Part shown: positions 17,466 to 30,075 of the stretch, one piece after another
Layout: each line of letters begins with the position of its first letter
How positions within the stretch are numbered: the first letter of the stretch is position 1
Assembly (NCBI RefSeq): GCF_009914755.1
Contig: NC_060930.1
Origin: the human T2T-CHM13v2.0 reference genome, Homo sapiens
Reading direction: 5' to 3' (one strand)
Length of the DNA: 64,000 nt
Made by a program: the position numbers and the translations under genes
The notes under the pieces: model-generated
The model's database searches: none
What the model was told of the DNA's origin: nothing
What the model saw: the letters and a program-made list of their open reading frames with translations, nothing else

Positions 17466-18819
17466 TGTTGCACTATGTAAATTTTGTCCAATTCTGCTGT
17501 CCACATGCAAGTCCCCACTGTGCCAAGACATGTGGTTCCTTCCTTTGCTGCCACCCGTGAAGTAGCAAAGGCCTAGAGTTGAGAGTGAAATGCAAAGGGC
17601 ACTTTCCCCAAGGAATTCATTAGAGTTGCAAGGAGGACTAGAATAGGGCAGGTTTTGTTTCTCCATCCATATGCACCAGGGCTGCCACAGTTACTTTCTC
17701 TGAGCTGCTCCCATACCCAATGGAAATCATTCTAAGCAGTGAGTTGGCACAAGCTGCTTTTTAAATAAAAGTGCTTCACACCCCGGACATCTCAAAACGA
17801 TAGCAAATAGAACCAGAGCTGAAGAGATAACAGTTGGACTATTTGAGCTAATGGTCGTTTTAGCTCCCTATAAACATTTTATTATTAATTCCATAAATGG
17901 TTAATATGAAACCCTTTATAATGCTTTCACTTAGGACTTGGTAAAATCATCCACTTGTTAGGTCTATAACTGGGAAAATTGCAATACAAATATAAGTGAT
18001 CATCATATTTTGGTCACATGTGGTTAATTTTTCTTAGATAAAACACTGAGGAACCCAATATGGAAATGTCAAAATTGCCTCGGAGTGAAAAACTCAATTT
18101 GAATATTTATGTACATGCTCCAAGTTGAGGCAATCCAACAAACTGTTTAATAAAGACAAAAGGATTCAGCTGTTTGTGCACTTTAATTTGCAAAACAAAG
18201 AACATCACATAAATGTGATTTAGTTATATTATTACACACTTTAATTTATTATTCATGCATCTTATTTTCTATAACCAAAACAATAAGACATGTGTTGCAA
18301 AATATCAGCATTGCCACAATTCAAACCACTTACAGGAAAACTTTGGTTAACCAGGACACAGTCAAGCTAGGAGTCCAGATATACCAAGGGTGTGCATAGA
18401 TGCACAGAAGTGTGATTACAAGAGAGAAAGAGAAGATATATTTTTAATTAGTAAAGGTAAAAATAAAATAAAATAGGCCAGCGTGCAGAAAATCTTTAAC
18501 TCTCTTGGCCTAGTGCCACCAGAAGCTATTTTCCTGTTTAATGTGCTTGTTCATCATCTCTACCCCCAGCTAGAATGTACACTTTGGAAATTGAGGCCTT
18601 CCTGCTCTTATCTCCACTGTTTCCCCCTTGACTACAGCAGTGTCTACCTCTTCTGGTGCTCAAGTCATTCAGTTGCATAAAGGCATGGATGAGCAGTCTC
18701 TCCAGCTCAGTGTATACCACAGACTTAGGATCTGCATGGCCAGTAAGAAATGACATCATCATGACCCCAGGCCCCCACTGGCCCAAAGGCACATTTGTAA
18801 TCTGACTGTTTGCTTGGTT

Positions 18820-19262
18820 TTCTTAATTGTAGCAAAATATACATAACATAAAATGTACCATTTTAATCATTTTTCAGTATACAGTTCAGGGGCATTAAGC
18901 ACATACACAATGTTGTGTTGCTATCTCCATCATCCATCTCCAGAACTTTTTCATCTTGCAAAATGGAAACTCTGTACCCAATGAAGATAGCTCCCCAATT
19001 CCCCTTCCCCTGAGCCCCAGCATCCACCATTCTTTCTGTATTTGTGATTTTGATTACGTTAAGCTCCTCATAAGTGTGGACTCAAACAATATGTGTTCTT
19101 TTGTGACAGGTTTATTTCACTTAGCATGATGTCCTCAACGTTCACCCACGTTGCAGCAAGTGTCAGAATTTCCTTCCTTTTTGAGGCTGAATAATATTCC
19201 ACTAAATGTGTATACTGCGTTTTGGTTACCCTTTCATCCATCAGAAGCCACCTGGGTCACAT
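18820..19262 (-). mobile_element. L1MB 3' end
   Basis: ttaattgtagcaaaatatacataacataaaatgtaccattttaatc..ccatctccagaactttttcatcttgcaaaa. Confidence 0.85.
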
Positions 19263-19814
19263 TTGGTTTTGATGGCATGTACTGTCTAGGATTTTTTTGT
19301 GTGTTTGTTTTATTCTGTTTAATTCATTTTGCATGTCTTTAGATAGGGCACATCTTCTCCAATTTTTCACCCTCACCTGCTCTGTCCTGACTCCTCACCC
19401 AGCTTAATCATTTACTCCTTCTTTCTGTGTCTTTCTATGAAGATTAAATTTTGCTGATTATATTCTACTTGCTAAGGCAGAAATAGGAATAATACATATT
19501 AGAAGTCAAGAATTAAACCAGGGAAGAAGTTTCTACTTAACTTCTATTTGGTAGTTTTGGTAAACCTTAAAGGAAAACATCTATTCCTTGAGCACTTCAG
19601 ACATTTGAGGTTTTATTCAGTACATTTGAGGGGCATTTTCCTCTGATCACTTAGTCCTAAATCATTTTATACAATTCCAGTATGATCAAACGGGCAGGTT
19701 TGTGCACCTAGCATATTCTGACCTAGATTTGGTAGATTGCCTGAATTCCTCCTTTTCATTCATTCATTCAATACATGTTTATTGAGTGTCTATAACTTGT
19801 AAGGCTTTGTACTA

Positions 19815-19848
19815 TTAGGTTGGTGCAAAAGTAATTGCACCAAGCTAA
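19815..19848. mobile_element. Internally deleted MADE1 (Hsmar1 MITE), 34 bp, inside an L2 tail
   Basis: TA-TTAGGTTGGTGCAAAAGTAATTGCACCAAGCTAA-TA; both termini and the TA TSD are present. Confidence 0.85.
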
Positions 19849-20184
19849 TAGCTTTGCAGATACAAGCATTAGCAAAATTTACATAGCTTTGGCCCTTGTG
19901 AGCACACTCTTGAGAGGCGCCAATATTGAGCAAAGAGTATTCAAAGTAATGTAAAATTTCAGCATGAAAACCTACTAGGTGAATTCCAAATAGTGAAAGG
20001 AGTATGGTGCTACTTTAGCAAATAGCAGGGAAATCTGATGTAGTCCCAAATGTGAGTGCGTGGTGTGTGCTGGGGAGGGCGGTGGCGAACTGGAAGTGAG
20101 TGTTCTTCTGTCAGTCTGACAATGCGTACGAAGTTATCTAGGGGAGAAGTAATGGGATAGATAACCTCATTTCCTTTCCTTCCC

Positions 20185-20830
20185 ATTCATTCATTCATTC
20201 ATTCATTCAGTCAATCAATTTTATTGAACATCTACTATGTGCCTGGCACAGTGTTAGGCACTAGGGGTATAATGATGAACAAGACACGCATGGCCCTTAC
20301 CTATATGGAACTTACGTCCTAGTGGAGAGAAACAATAAAACACAAGTACAGAAACAAAAACACAAGAAAAAGAAATAATGGCAAATATTGAAGGAGCAGT
20401 GAAAGAAACCAACTAAGGCTTAAATGGAGAATAACATGGTGGAGGAACCACTTTAAGTAGGGTGGTCAGGTAAGGCTTCTTTGAGAAGGGAACATTTAAA
20501 TGAAGTCTGAAAAGATGAGAAAGAACAGATTGTACAATAAAATGGAAGGAAAAGCATTGTGACCAAAAGGAACAGCATAAGCAAAGCAAGGGATGAATCT
20601 GGAAAACCACTGGCTGAAAAACAATGTGAGGTTTGGGACTTGGGCAGCTGCTTCCCAGGCCTTGGCAATGAGTTTAGGATTTTGGTTGGGTGTTCATTTA
20701 TTTTCAGGCTTTTGTTTGTTTTTGACATAATTAGAGAAGTGACAAGATCTGAACTCTGCCATAGGAAGACTGCCTTTGCTGCTCTGTGGAGCATGAATTA
20801 GGGATGCCATTTAGGTGCAGCCCAAGTGAG
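20185..20830 (-). mobile_element. L2 with (ATTC)n tail
   Basis: (attc)n followed by ttattgaacatctactatgtgcctggcacagtgttaggcactagggg. Confidence 0.85.
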
Positions 20831-20899
20831 GGATGGTGGTGTCCTGGCCTCTGCATTTTCATTGCTTTGTTTTCTTCGGAATCCACCCACCTCATTCCC

Positions 20900-21016
20900 C
20901 ACTAGGATGTCAGCTCCTTGCAAGGGAAGTACTTCTGTCTGATTTTGTTCATGGCCGTACACCAAGGGCCTGAGAGCGCCTGGAATGCAGGAGGTGGTAC
21001 TCAACAAATACTTGTT
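20900..21016 (+). mobile_element. L2 3' end
   Basis: cccactaggatgtcagctccttgcaaggg..gtactcaacaaatacttgtt. Confidence 0.7.
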
Positions 21017-23939
21017 ATTGTGAGGTAAGATCATCAGCCTTCTGAATAATGGTCTTGACCTGCTTACTTTTACTCATCAAGATCTCGACCAGGGTAAATT
21101 TACTGAAACGGTGTCTGTGGTGGGGGTTCTTATCATTTTCACTTGGCTTGAGAATTCTCAGTGAACACGCCAGCAGTCTCACTCTACTTTCAAGCGAAGA
21201 TTTAGTATCTAGAAGCGGCAGTAAGATTGCAGATCGCGAAGGCTTCATTACCTTTACAAAACAGACTACAGGGCATTTACTTGTGTGCTCTGAAATATTA
21301 TCATAAAACTAAACCGCACTTGTCAAAACAAACAAGCAAAGTAAATTCCAGGAGGCATTATAGCCTCAATAGCAATTGCATTACTTTTACAAGCTAATTC
21401 ATAAAACCAAATAATTCATAATGGTGCACCCCTTCATAAATGTGACTGTGTGAGACCCTATAGCATTAATACATCAATGCAGATGTGTAAATAACTATAC
21501 TGATCCCTCAATAAAAGTGTTTTATTCTCATCACTATTGGATAAATATGCCACTGGAATAATTTACTTCTTTTCCCTCTTGAAATAATATTTCTAAAGGT
21601 AAAAATTTAGATTCAGAAAATTGTTTAAAACTAAGTTTGATTAGAGTCTGCCAAACTTCAAAAGAGGAAAATGGATGATAACTAATAATAATAACAGTAA
21701 TAATATGAAAGCATTTGGTATGGAAAGCTCATGACTTCACATACTTCAGCCAATTAGTCACCTGAACATTTCCAATTATTCACGTGTGTTGGCATTGTGC
21801 AAATAAAACATCTGAATGACTGACTGCATTTTTCTTTTCTCATTCAGAGGTTTTTTATTCAATATTATTGCAATTTTTAGAGGAGAAGCAGTGCTTTTAA
21901 AGGGTACTTTCGCACAACATGCTTTGATTTGATTTATCAACAGAGTAAAAATACCTATTAGTCATTTAGTTCATCTCTCTCCACAACTCTGACTTCTTGC
22001 TTTATATATGGCATAGGACAGGTAAATCTCACAGATACTAACATAAAATAATGCTTAATATGCATATGATCCTTCCAGTTTCAAATACCCTTTCATATTC
22101 CAAATTGAGTAAATACAAAAAGAGCCATTTTTTTAGATCCAGCTGGAGTCTTCCAGAAAATGATACTTCATATATACATTATGTGGAAAAGTAAATGCAT
22201 TGTAAAACATGAAAATGTATATCCTGATATTCATTAAATGCCTACAGGATCATAGTTCCAGCTGCAGTTGACCAGAGATTCTTACCTGAAATCACTCACT
22301 GGAATTATAAGAGTTTGTATCATGGAAGTGTCCAGTTAGAACTAACAGCAACTTTGTTTTCAGGGTTTAATCATAACTGCATGTTTGCATCCAGTGGGTA
22401 TAATAGACCTTATGTCTTAATCCTTGTGAAACATTTGCTTCATTTGGAAGGTAGATTGGTATTTTCAATGGAAATGATCATACACTTATTAAGAGCTATT
22501 TCAAACTGGCATCTAGTAGGAAGCTTTGGATTGCCTAAAATACAGTATAAAGTGTCTTGAGGGTGTGGAGTAGGGGTAGAGGAGGACTTGAAAGGGTGAG
22601 AGATTACTCAGTTGAATTATGAAAAGAAGAATCAGGAAGATTTAAAATAAAATGGCAAAGAAATGAAAAATATCGCAAGCATTCTTGAAGCATTCTCGTA
22701 AGACTCTATAATATAGTATGAATTTGTTCTTGAAAATACCTTGACTTGAAAGCTTTTGAAATTCTTTGATGAAAATTGTCATCTGAGTACAAAGCAATAG
22801 CATTATTAGTAATTATTACTATAAGACATTAATTGAAACTAGCAATAGAGGAATTTGTAGTAAGTTTCACAAGTGTAAATAGTACATATCTTACTAACAT
22901 TTTGCAAAAAAAAAATGAACATAAACATTATTATTTTTACTCTTTCTGCACGTGGAAAACAAACATTAGAACCAGATGAGTAAAACTATCAAAGATGCCA
23001 AAGGGCATTCAATAGCCCAGAAATAGGATTCTTAAGAGAATGGTTTCAGTTCTTACTATGATTTCATTTAATCCACCTCATTTATTCATCAACTGTGTTT
23101 TGAGCACTGACTATGTTCCAGGCATTGTGCTAGGAACTGCTGACCAACAGAGGACCTAAAAGAGACCCCATCTTCAAGAATCTAAGAGCTGGGTGGGATA
23201 TCTACATGAGTTTAACCAGTTTTATTTTTATTAGTTGTAGTAAGAGTAGTATCATTATTAATATTTGATTGAGTCTCAATTCAGTAGTAGTAGAAACATG
23301 AAATATTTAATTTCTGTGCAGCCAGAGGAACTTCTGGGTTCCTCTGACATGGTTTGGGCAGGTATTGGGAGTGGTCCTCGTCTTCTTTCTAAATGCAAAG
23401 TGCCTATTTATCACTAATCGATGGAACGGGCTATTTCAAAGGACCTCTTACCTCTACCAATCCCTACTCTACACCAAAACCTGGACTCAGTGCACTTCTC
23501 AGGTATGCCCCCAAGCTCCAGGAGAAATCAATACAGTAAACAGTCAATTAAGATTTCGTTTTTAAGGGCCAAGATAGAGCACACACGGATAAAGCAGAAA
23601 TTCACAGAGGAGGTTCCTAACCCAACCCCAGAGACTTAGGGGAGACTGAGGTGTGAATTGGCTTACAGGATCATGTATCCACGGTGAAAACTAGTACTAG
23701 ACATTCCTCACGGGTGCTATGTGTATTGCTCAAATTAGGGAATCTTCCTCTAATCTGAAGAGTTATCCTAGGCCTCGCTCAAATTTTAATTCCAATTGTT
23801 GTCATGTTGGAGGCTTAAAGAAGTATGGAATAATTCAAGGAAGGATAATGTATCTTATTTCTGCCAGGGGAGTCAATTATCCTGTGAACCGAGGAAGAAC
23901 TCTGGTTCAGAGCTTTCTGAATGCAACGTGGGAATAGCT

Positions 23940-24260
23940 GGGGAGGAAAATGTTGCTGTGTCAGAAAGAAAAACCAAACAAACAAACAGAAAAAACAAAG
24001 TGAGGCAAATGGCAGAATGTACAAACAAGGATAGAGACTGTGGGAACCTCAAGTGAATCCCCTGACTCCACTAATTAGACGACACTGTTGGGGCTTTGCA
24101 CTAAAATGCGAGGTGAACCACTTGGAAAGGATCCAGAGGAAGGCAATGATGGTACCCCACAGTCTAGGGGCACCGGGGATATTGACGCTGTCGGAAGAAA
24201 GCTCAGAGACAGTTTGCAGTCGCTGTGTCAGCATAAAAAAGAGAATCATAGGTAGGACAA
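23940..24260 (+). mobile_element. CR1/L3 LINE fossil (ORF2 C-terminal region)
   Basis: Translation PLIRRHCWGFALKCEVNHLERIQRKAMMVPHSLG resembles the CR1 motif LVRPHLEYCVQFW...DKLERVQRRATKMIKGL. Confidence 0.6.
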
Positions 24261-24741
24261 GGTGAAAGGGTCAGGCGTCAGCATGGGGATTTGGGTTACG
24301 CCGGTTCCAAAAATAATCACTCGTTCACGTGCTTGGGGAAGGCCATCACCCAGGAAGAGGTGATTTGATGACTGGATGTGCAGAGGAGGTCAAGACCCCC
24401 GAAATCAGTAAGGGCTGCCCAAGCCCCTCGGGAGCCATCTGCCCACGAGTCACTGTCCCTTAAGACAAGAATGGCATTCTCACTCCTCTACTGACCCACC
24501 CCACAGCAGCCTTTTGCCAAATAACTGCATCAACAACGACGTCCCAGAGCCCAGAAAAGAAACACAGGCTTTTGGCAAATCATGGGCCCAAGGCAGGTGC
24601 TTAGGGAGTTTCCTTTATTTTTTCCCTTTCTTTTTCTTAGAAATAGTTTAAAGGTTTCGTTCTTTGCATTTTTTTGTTTCTGTATTTATAAAAGTATAAT
24701 AAATAATTCAAAAGAAAGGCAGAAGTACATAAAATATAGAA

Positions 24742-25079
24742 CTGAACTATCCAATACAGTAGTCACTAGCTACATGTGGCTTTCGCGCACATGAAATGTG
24801 GTTACTCCAAATTGGGAAGGGCTGTAAGTCTATGACGCACCTGGATTTCAAAGTCTCTGGATCAGAAAATGATGAAAAAATATTACATGGATAATTACTT
24901 TATATTGATTATAGGTTGAAATGATGATATTTGTGCAGACTAGATTACATATTATATATACTATTAAAGTTAATGCATCCATTTCTTTTTACTTTTTTAA
25001 ATGTGGCTACTAGAAAATTTAAAATTAAATATGTGGTTCACATTCGTGGCTCTCATTATCCTTCTGTTGAACAGAGCGA
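24742..25079. mobile_element. MER33 hAT-Charlie MITE inserted in an L1ME tail
   Basis: Termini ctgaactatccaatacagtagtcactagctacatgtggc and ctgttgaacagagcg; degenerate 8-bp TSD atatagaa/acacagaa. Confidence 0.85.
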
Positions 25080-26290
25080 ACACAGAATACAAAACCAAAG
25101 TCTTTAGTCCTGAGCATTCCGGTCCTCAGAAAAAGCACTCATAATATTTTGTGTATTCATCAGAACTTCTTTGATACATACACAGCAAAAAACAAAATAG
25201 GACCATTTTGTATGTATTTTACTGAAATTGGCTTTGTCTTTCACCTAATAATATATACAGGAGGTGCTTCAATGTTGGCACAGCAACATTTCTCTCATTC
25301 TTCATTATTGCTGCATGGATGTTGCATCGATGTTCCCTAAACCCATTTAACATTCCCTTATTCATGGAACTTAAGCTTTTTCCTTTTCTTCCCCCTTTGT
25401 AATAACATCACAGACCTCTTATTGGAATTGCTGAGTCAAAGAGAATGAACATTTTTAATTTCGATAGAGACTACCCAATTGTTTTCTAAAAAGCAATCAT
25501 CAAATTATATTACCAGCTAGTATGAAAATATCAATTTTTCACACCTTTACCGAGTTTTTAAAATTGTATCCAATCTGATGGATGCAATTTATATCGTTTA
25601 CATTTGGTTTTCGCTGATAACTGCTGAGGTTGAGTATTTTTTCACCTGGTTATAACTAGTACAATTACTAAATAGAAAACAACTTCATCCATCTTCAAAC
25701 TTTCTGTTGAAAACCTAATCTGGGACCAAGACTTTTTCACATTTTCTTCTGTGTCCTTGCTTTACGAATGAAACCTCAGAAAATCTCTTTGTGTTTTCCA
25801 GGACTAACAAAAGTCAAAGTCTTCTCATCTCTTCCTGTCATAGGAACCATCTTGCTTCAGGAACTAAAATGTCCAGTCCAGACTCAAGCACGTGGGTCAT
25901 TCTTTACTTTATTCAGCTTGAAGCTGATCTGTCCTCCAGCTGAGCCTGTCCAGGCTCAAACATTTTCCCTTCCTTTCCTCCCAGACCCAGTAGGGGAGGA
26001 GCTGGTAGCTTCCTCCTCACCCCCTACCCTTATACTTACTTTATTAGTTGTTTGGGTTCTTTTCTTGATGTGGGTAGAAGAAGCTCTCTACGTATTCTGC
26101 ACAAAAAATTCTTTGTCTGATATGTATGTTGAAACTATTTTCTCCCAGCCTGTCACTTCTTTTTTTTAACTTTATCATATCTTTTACCAAATATAGATTT
26201 TGAATGTTGATTTATCAAGCTGTTCTTTTAAGTTCTGCAGTTTGTGTTCTTAGCAAAGCTTTCTATACTTCAAGATTACAGAAATAGACT
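25080..26290 (-). mobile_element. L1ME fragments (degenerate)
   Basis: Antisense L1 3' motifs: ggaattgctgagtcaaagagaatgaacatttttaatt; gaaactattttctcccagcctgt. Confidence 0.55.
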
Positions 26291-26297
26291 CCTATTT

Positions 26298-27625
26298 TTA
26301 TTTTTGTAACAGCACTATTGAGATATAATTCACATGTATTACAATTCTCCCATTAGAGTATACAATAATTTTAATATATTCACAGAATTGTGCAATCATC
26401 AACATAATCAATTTTAGAATATTTTCATCACCTTTAAAAGAAACTCTATACCCTTTAGCCATCACCCCCCAGTCCTCCCATTCCTACCAGTCCTGGGCAA
26501 CCACTAATCTACTTTCTACCTCTATGGATTTGCCTGATTTGGACATTTCATACAAATGGAATCATGTAATATGTAGTCGTTTAAAAGTGGCTTCTTTCCC
26601 TTAGCATAGGGTTTTCAAGGTTTTCCCATATTGTAGCATGTGTCTGCACTTTGCTCCTTTTTATGGCTGAATAATATTCCATTGTATGGATATACCACAT
26701 TTTACTTATACATTCATTAGTTCATAGACATTTGGGTTGTTTCCACCTTTTGCTATTATGAACGTTACACTATGAACATTTGTGTGCAGATTTTTGGTTG
26801 GACATATATTTTTTATTTTCTTGGGTGTATATCTGGGAATTGCTGGATCAAATCGTAACTCTACATTAAACTTTCTAAAGAACTGTTAGGTTGATTTCCA
26901 AAATGGCTGCACAACCAGTGTATGAGAGTTCCAATTCCTCTACATCCTTGCTAATACTTGTTATTATCTGACTTTTTAATTATAGCCACCCTACTGGGTG
27001 TTAAGGAGTGTTTCATTGTAGTTTTCATTTGCATTTTCATAATAACTAATGATGTCAAGCATTTTTTTTCAAATGCCCATTGCTCACCTGCATATCTTCT
27101 TTGGAGAAACGTCTACATGAACCCCTTGCCCATTTTTTAAATGGGTTATTTGTCTTTTTATTATTGAGTTGTGAGAGTTCTTTATATCTTCTAAACACAA
27201 GTCTCTCATCAGACATGATTTGCAAATATTTTCTTCCATTCATGAGGTTGTCTTTTCACTTTCCAGATAGTATCCTTTGATACATACAAGTTTTTAATTT
27301 TGATAAAGCCCAATATATCTGGGTATACTTTTTTTGCTTCGGTGGTTTGGTTTTGTCACTTGCGCTTTTGATGTCACCTCTGAGAAACCATCACCAAATT
27401 TGAGATCACAAAGATTTACTCCTATATTCTCCTCTAAGAGTTTTGTAGTTTTAGCTCTTACATTTAGGTCTTCGATCCATTTTGAATTAATTTTTGTATA
27501 TGCCTTAAGGTGGGGGGTCAAAACTCACTCTTTGCATATAAATATCTAGTTGTCCAGGCACCATTTGTTTGTTAAAAAGATTATTCTTTACCTATATAAT
27601 TGTTTTAGCTCTCTTGTCAAAATTA
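26298..27625 (-). mobile_element. L1MB7/8-like 3' portion
   Basis: acagcactattgagatataattcac..; minus-strand ORFs ..[11 protein letters not shown].. and ..[25 protein letters not shown].. are ORF2 homologues. Confidence 0.9.
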
Positions 27626-28240
27626 TGAAAAGCAAGACCCCTATATTTTGTTCTCATGTTTTTATAGATTTTTTTTGTTTCATTTAGATTTATTTTGAAG
27701 TATGATGTCAGGTAAAGGTCTGCTTTATTTTCTAAATTGATGGCTAATTGTGACAATATCATGTTTGAATAATGGATTCTCTTTTCTCACTAACTTGAAA
27801 TCTTACTTTACCACATTCAGTATTCTACATAGCTCTGTTTAAGAATTTCTATTTGGAAAGCTTTATATCTGAGTGTTTATCCTTGTGATATTATCCTTGT
27901 TAGCACTAAGACATTTGGGTCTACAAACTTACTCCTTTTTCAGCAATAACATTGCCTTCTGAGTAATTTCTCTCCTCCATCATCTCTCTTCTGTTCTTCC
28001 AGAAGATAGAACTATGATAACTTCTGGATACATCCCTTACCCTCAACTTTTGTCTCATGCTCTCTAACTCTTAGTGCTTTTCTATTATTTTCTGGGAGAA
28101 TTCTTCAATGTAATCTTCACATTAATTTATTCTTTATTTGTGATTTTGTCCATTTCCGAATCCTATACTTGATTTTCTTTTACAAGTGAGTGAATATAAC
28201 TTCTTTGCACATCTTTCCAAGGATATTAACTTCTTGTATA

Positions 28241-28717
28241 AGTCATGGGCATGCCTCTGACAGGCTCTGTCTCCATGCCCATATATATCTCCTCATTCTT
28301 AACACAACATGCACCCAAGCCAATGGCCAGCACCTGTATTTCTTGGCCTGAGGGCTTTCTTTTGCCTCTGAAGTCCACATTGCTGCCAAAATCGCAGGCT
28401 TGAGGGAATGAGGAATTAATGTCCCATAGGAGCAGCCCTCAACCAAATACTGACGGAGGTAGGTATAAAATTACCCCCAGTTCCTTCACCGTCAGATGGG
28501 AGAGTCTGACTCATGTGTTCTCCACGGATTCCCAGAGTTTCCCCAGTGGGACCGAATCCCAGCTGCCTGCAGTGGTTGCTGCCCTTCCTGGCTGACTTCC
28601 CTTCCCAGGTTCACTTTCTCACTCCCCTCCTGCTGTTGCTTTCACCTCCCAAGTGAATTATTTGCACTTGAAACCTTGTCTCAGGGTCTGCTTTCTAGGG
28701 TAGCCCAGACTAAGACA
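28241..28717 (+). mobile_element. ERVL solo LTR, LTR16-like
   Basis: ggagcagccctcaaccaa..ggtataaaattacccc..tgcacttgaaaccttgtctcagggtctgctttctagggtagcccagactaagaca. Confidence 0.8.
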
Positions 28718-29656
28718 CCCTCTTTCTATTAACTCCATTTCTCTGGGCATTAGCTCTTCTCTATTTTTTCTTTAATTCCTGTATTTCCAGTGGTTGGTAA
28801 TTTTTATTTGTTTATCTTTGTACTTGAGAATTCCTGCTACTTTATCTATTTGAGCTGGGCAGTTCCCCTTGGAGGAAGAGTCATTATGCAATTAAGTATT
28901 TCTTTCCTAGCCTCATCTCCTCTTATGCACCCACCCCGCAGGGCCCCGGACCCCAGTTTCTGACACATGCCCTGTTGGTGGGGTGAGGTTGGGGGAAGTA
29001 CAGGCAGAGAGTAAATATTAGAAACAAGAGAAATGGTATTTGATGGGCACAGATGTCATCTTGTGGTGGTGCCTGCTGAATGTGGTATATTCTCAGTGTG
29101 CATTTTTGACACATGGGGAACTTTGATGGGTTTTTCTGAGTTTTGACTGCAAACCTCTGGCCGCAATTTCTGTGATGAACAGGGACAACTGAAGACTCCA
29201 TGCCCTGACTTGGGGCACTCACACAGGCTTTCTTTGTTGGGAACCATTAGTGTCTAGGAAGACTTCCTGGGCCAAATCCCTTGTAAGCTCCAGGCCAGGT
29301 CGCAGATCTAATTGACCCATGGGTAAAAGAATTTACAAAGCAACCAAGTAAACAAAAAACAAACCTTAATCCACCTTTGGGGAAAGCATGGCTTGCTCCC
29401 AATGTAGCCACCTTTCCTCACCCTAACCAGAGCCTTTTTAAATCTTTGCATTTCTCAGACAGAGTTCAAACACCAGCCCCTTGTGTTCCCACCAAATTCC
29501 AAGGGAAACATGTCAGACTATCCAAGCGGTCCCCTTAGCTGACTTGAAGTAAGGAGGCTACCCTTCCTGCATCTCACTTCTTACCTCAACCTTTTTATAA
29601 CTTCGAGGTTTCCCTTTTGGTATGGTTTTGGTGATCTTATTTAAGAAATCTTTTCT

Positions 29657-30075
<419 letters not shown>

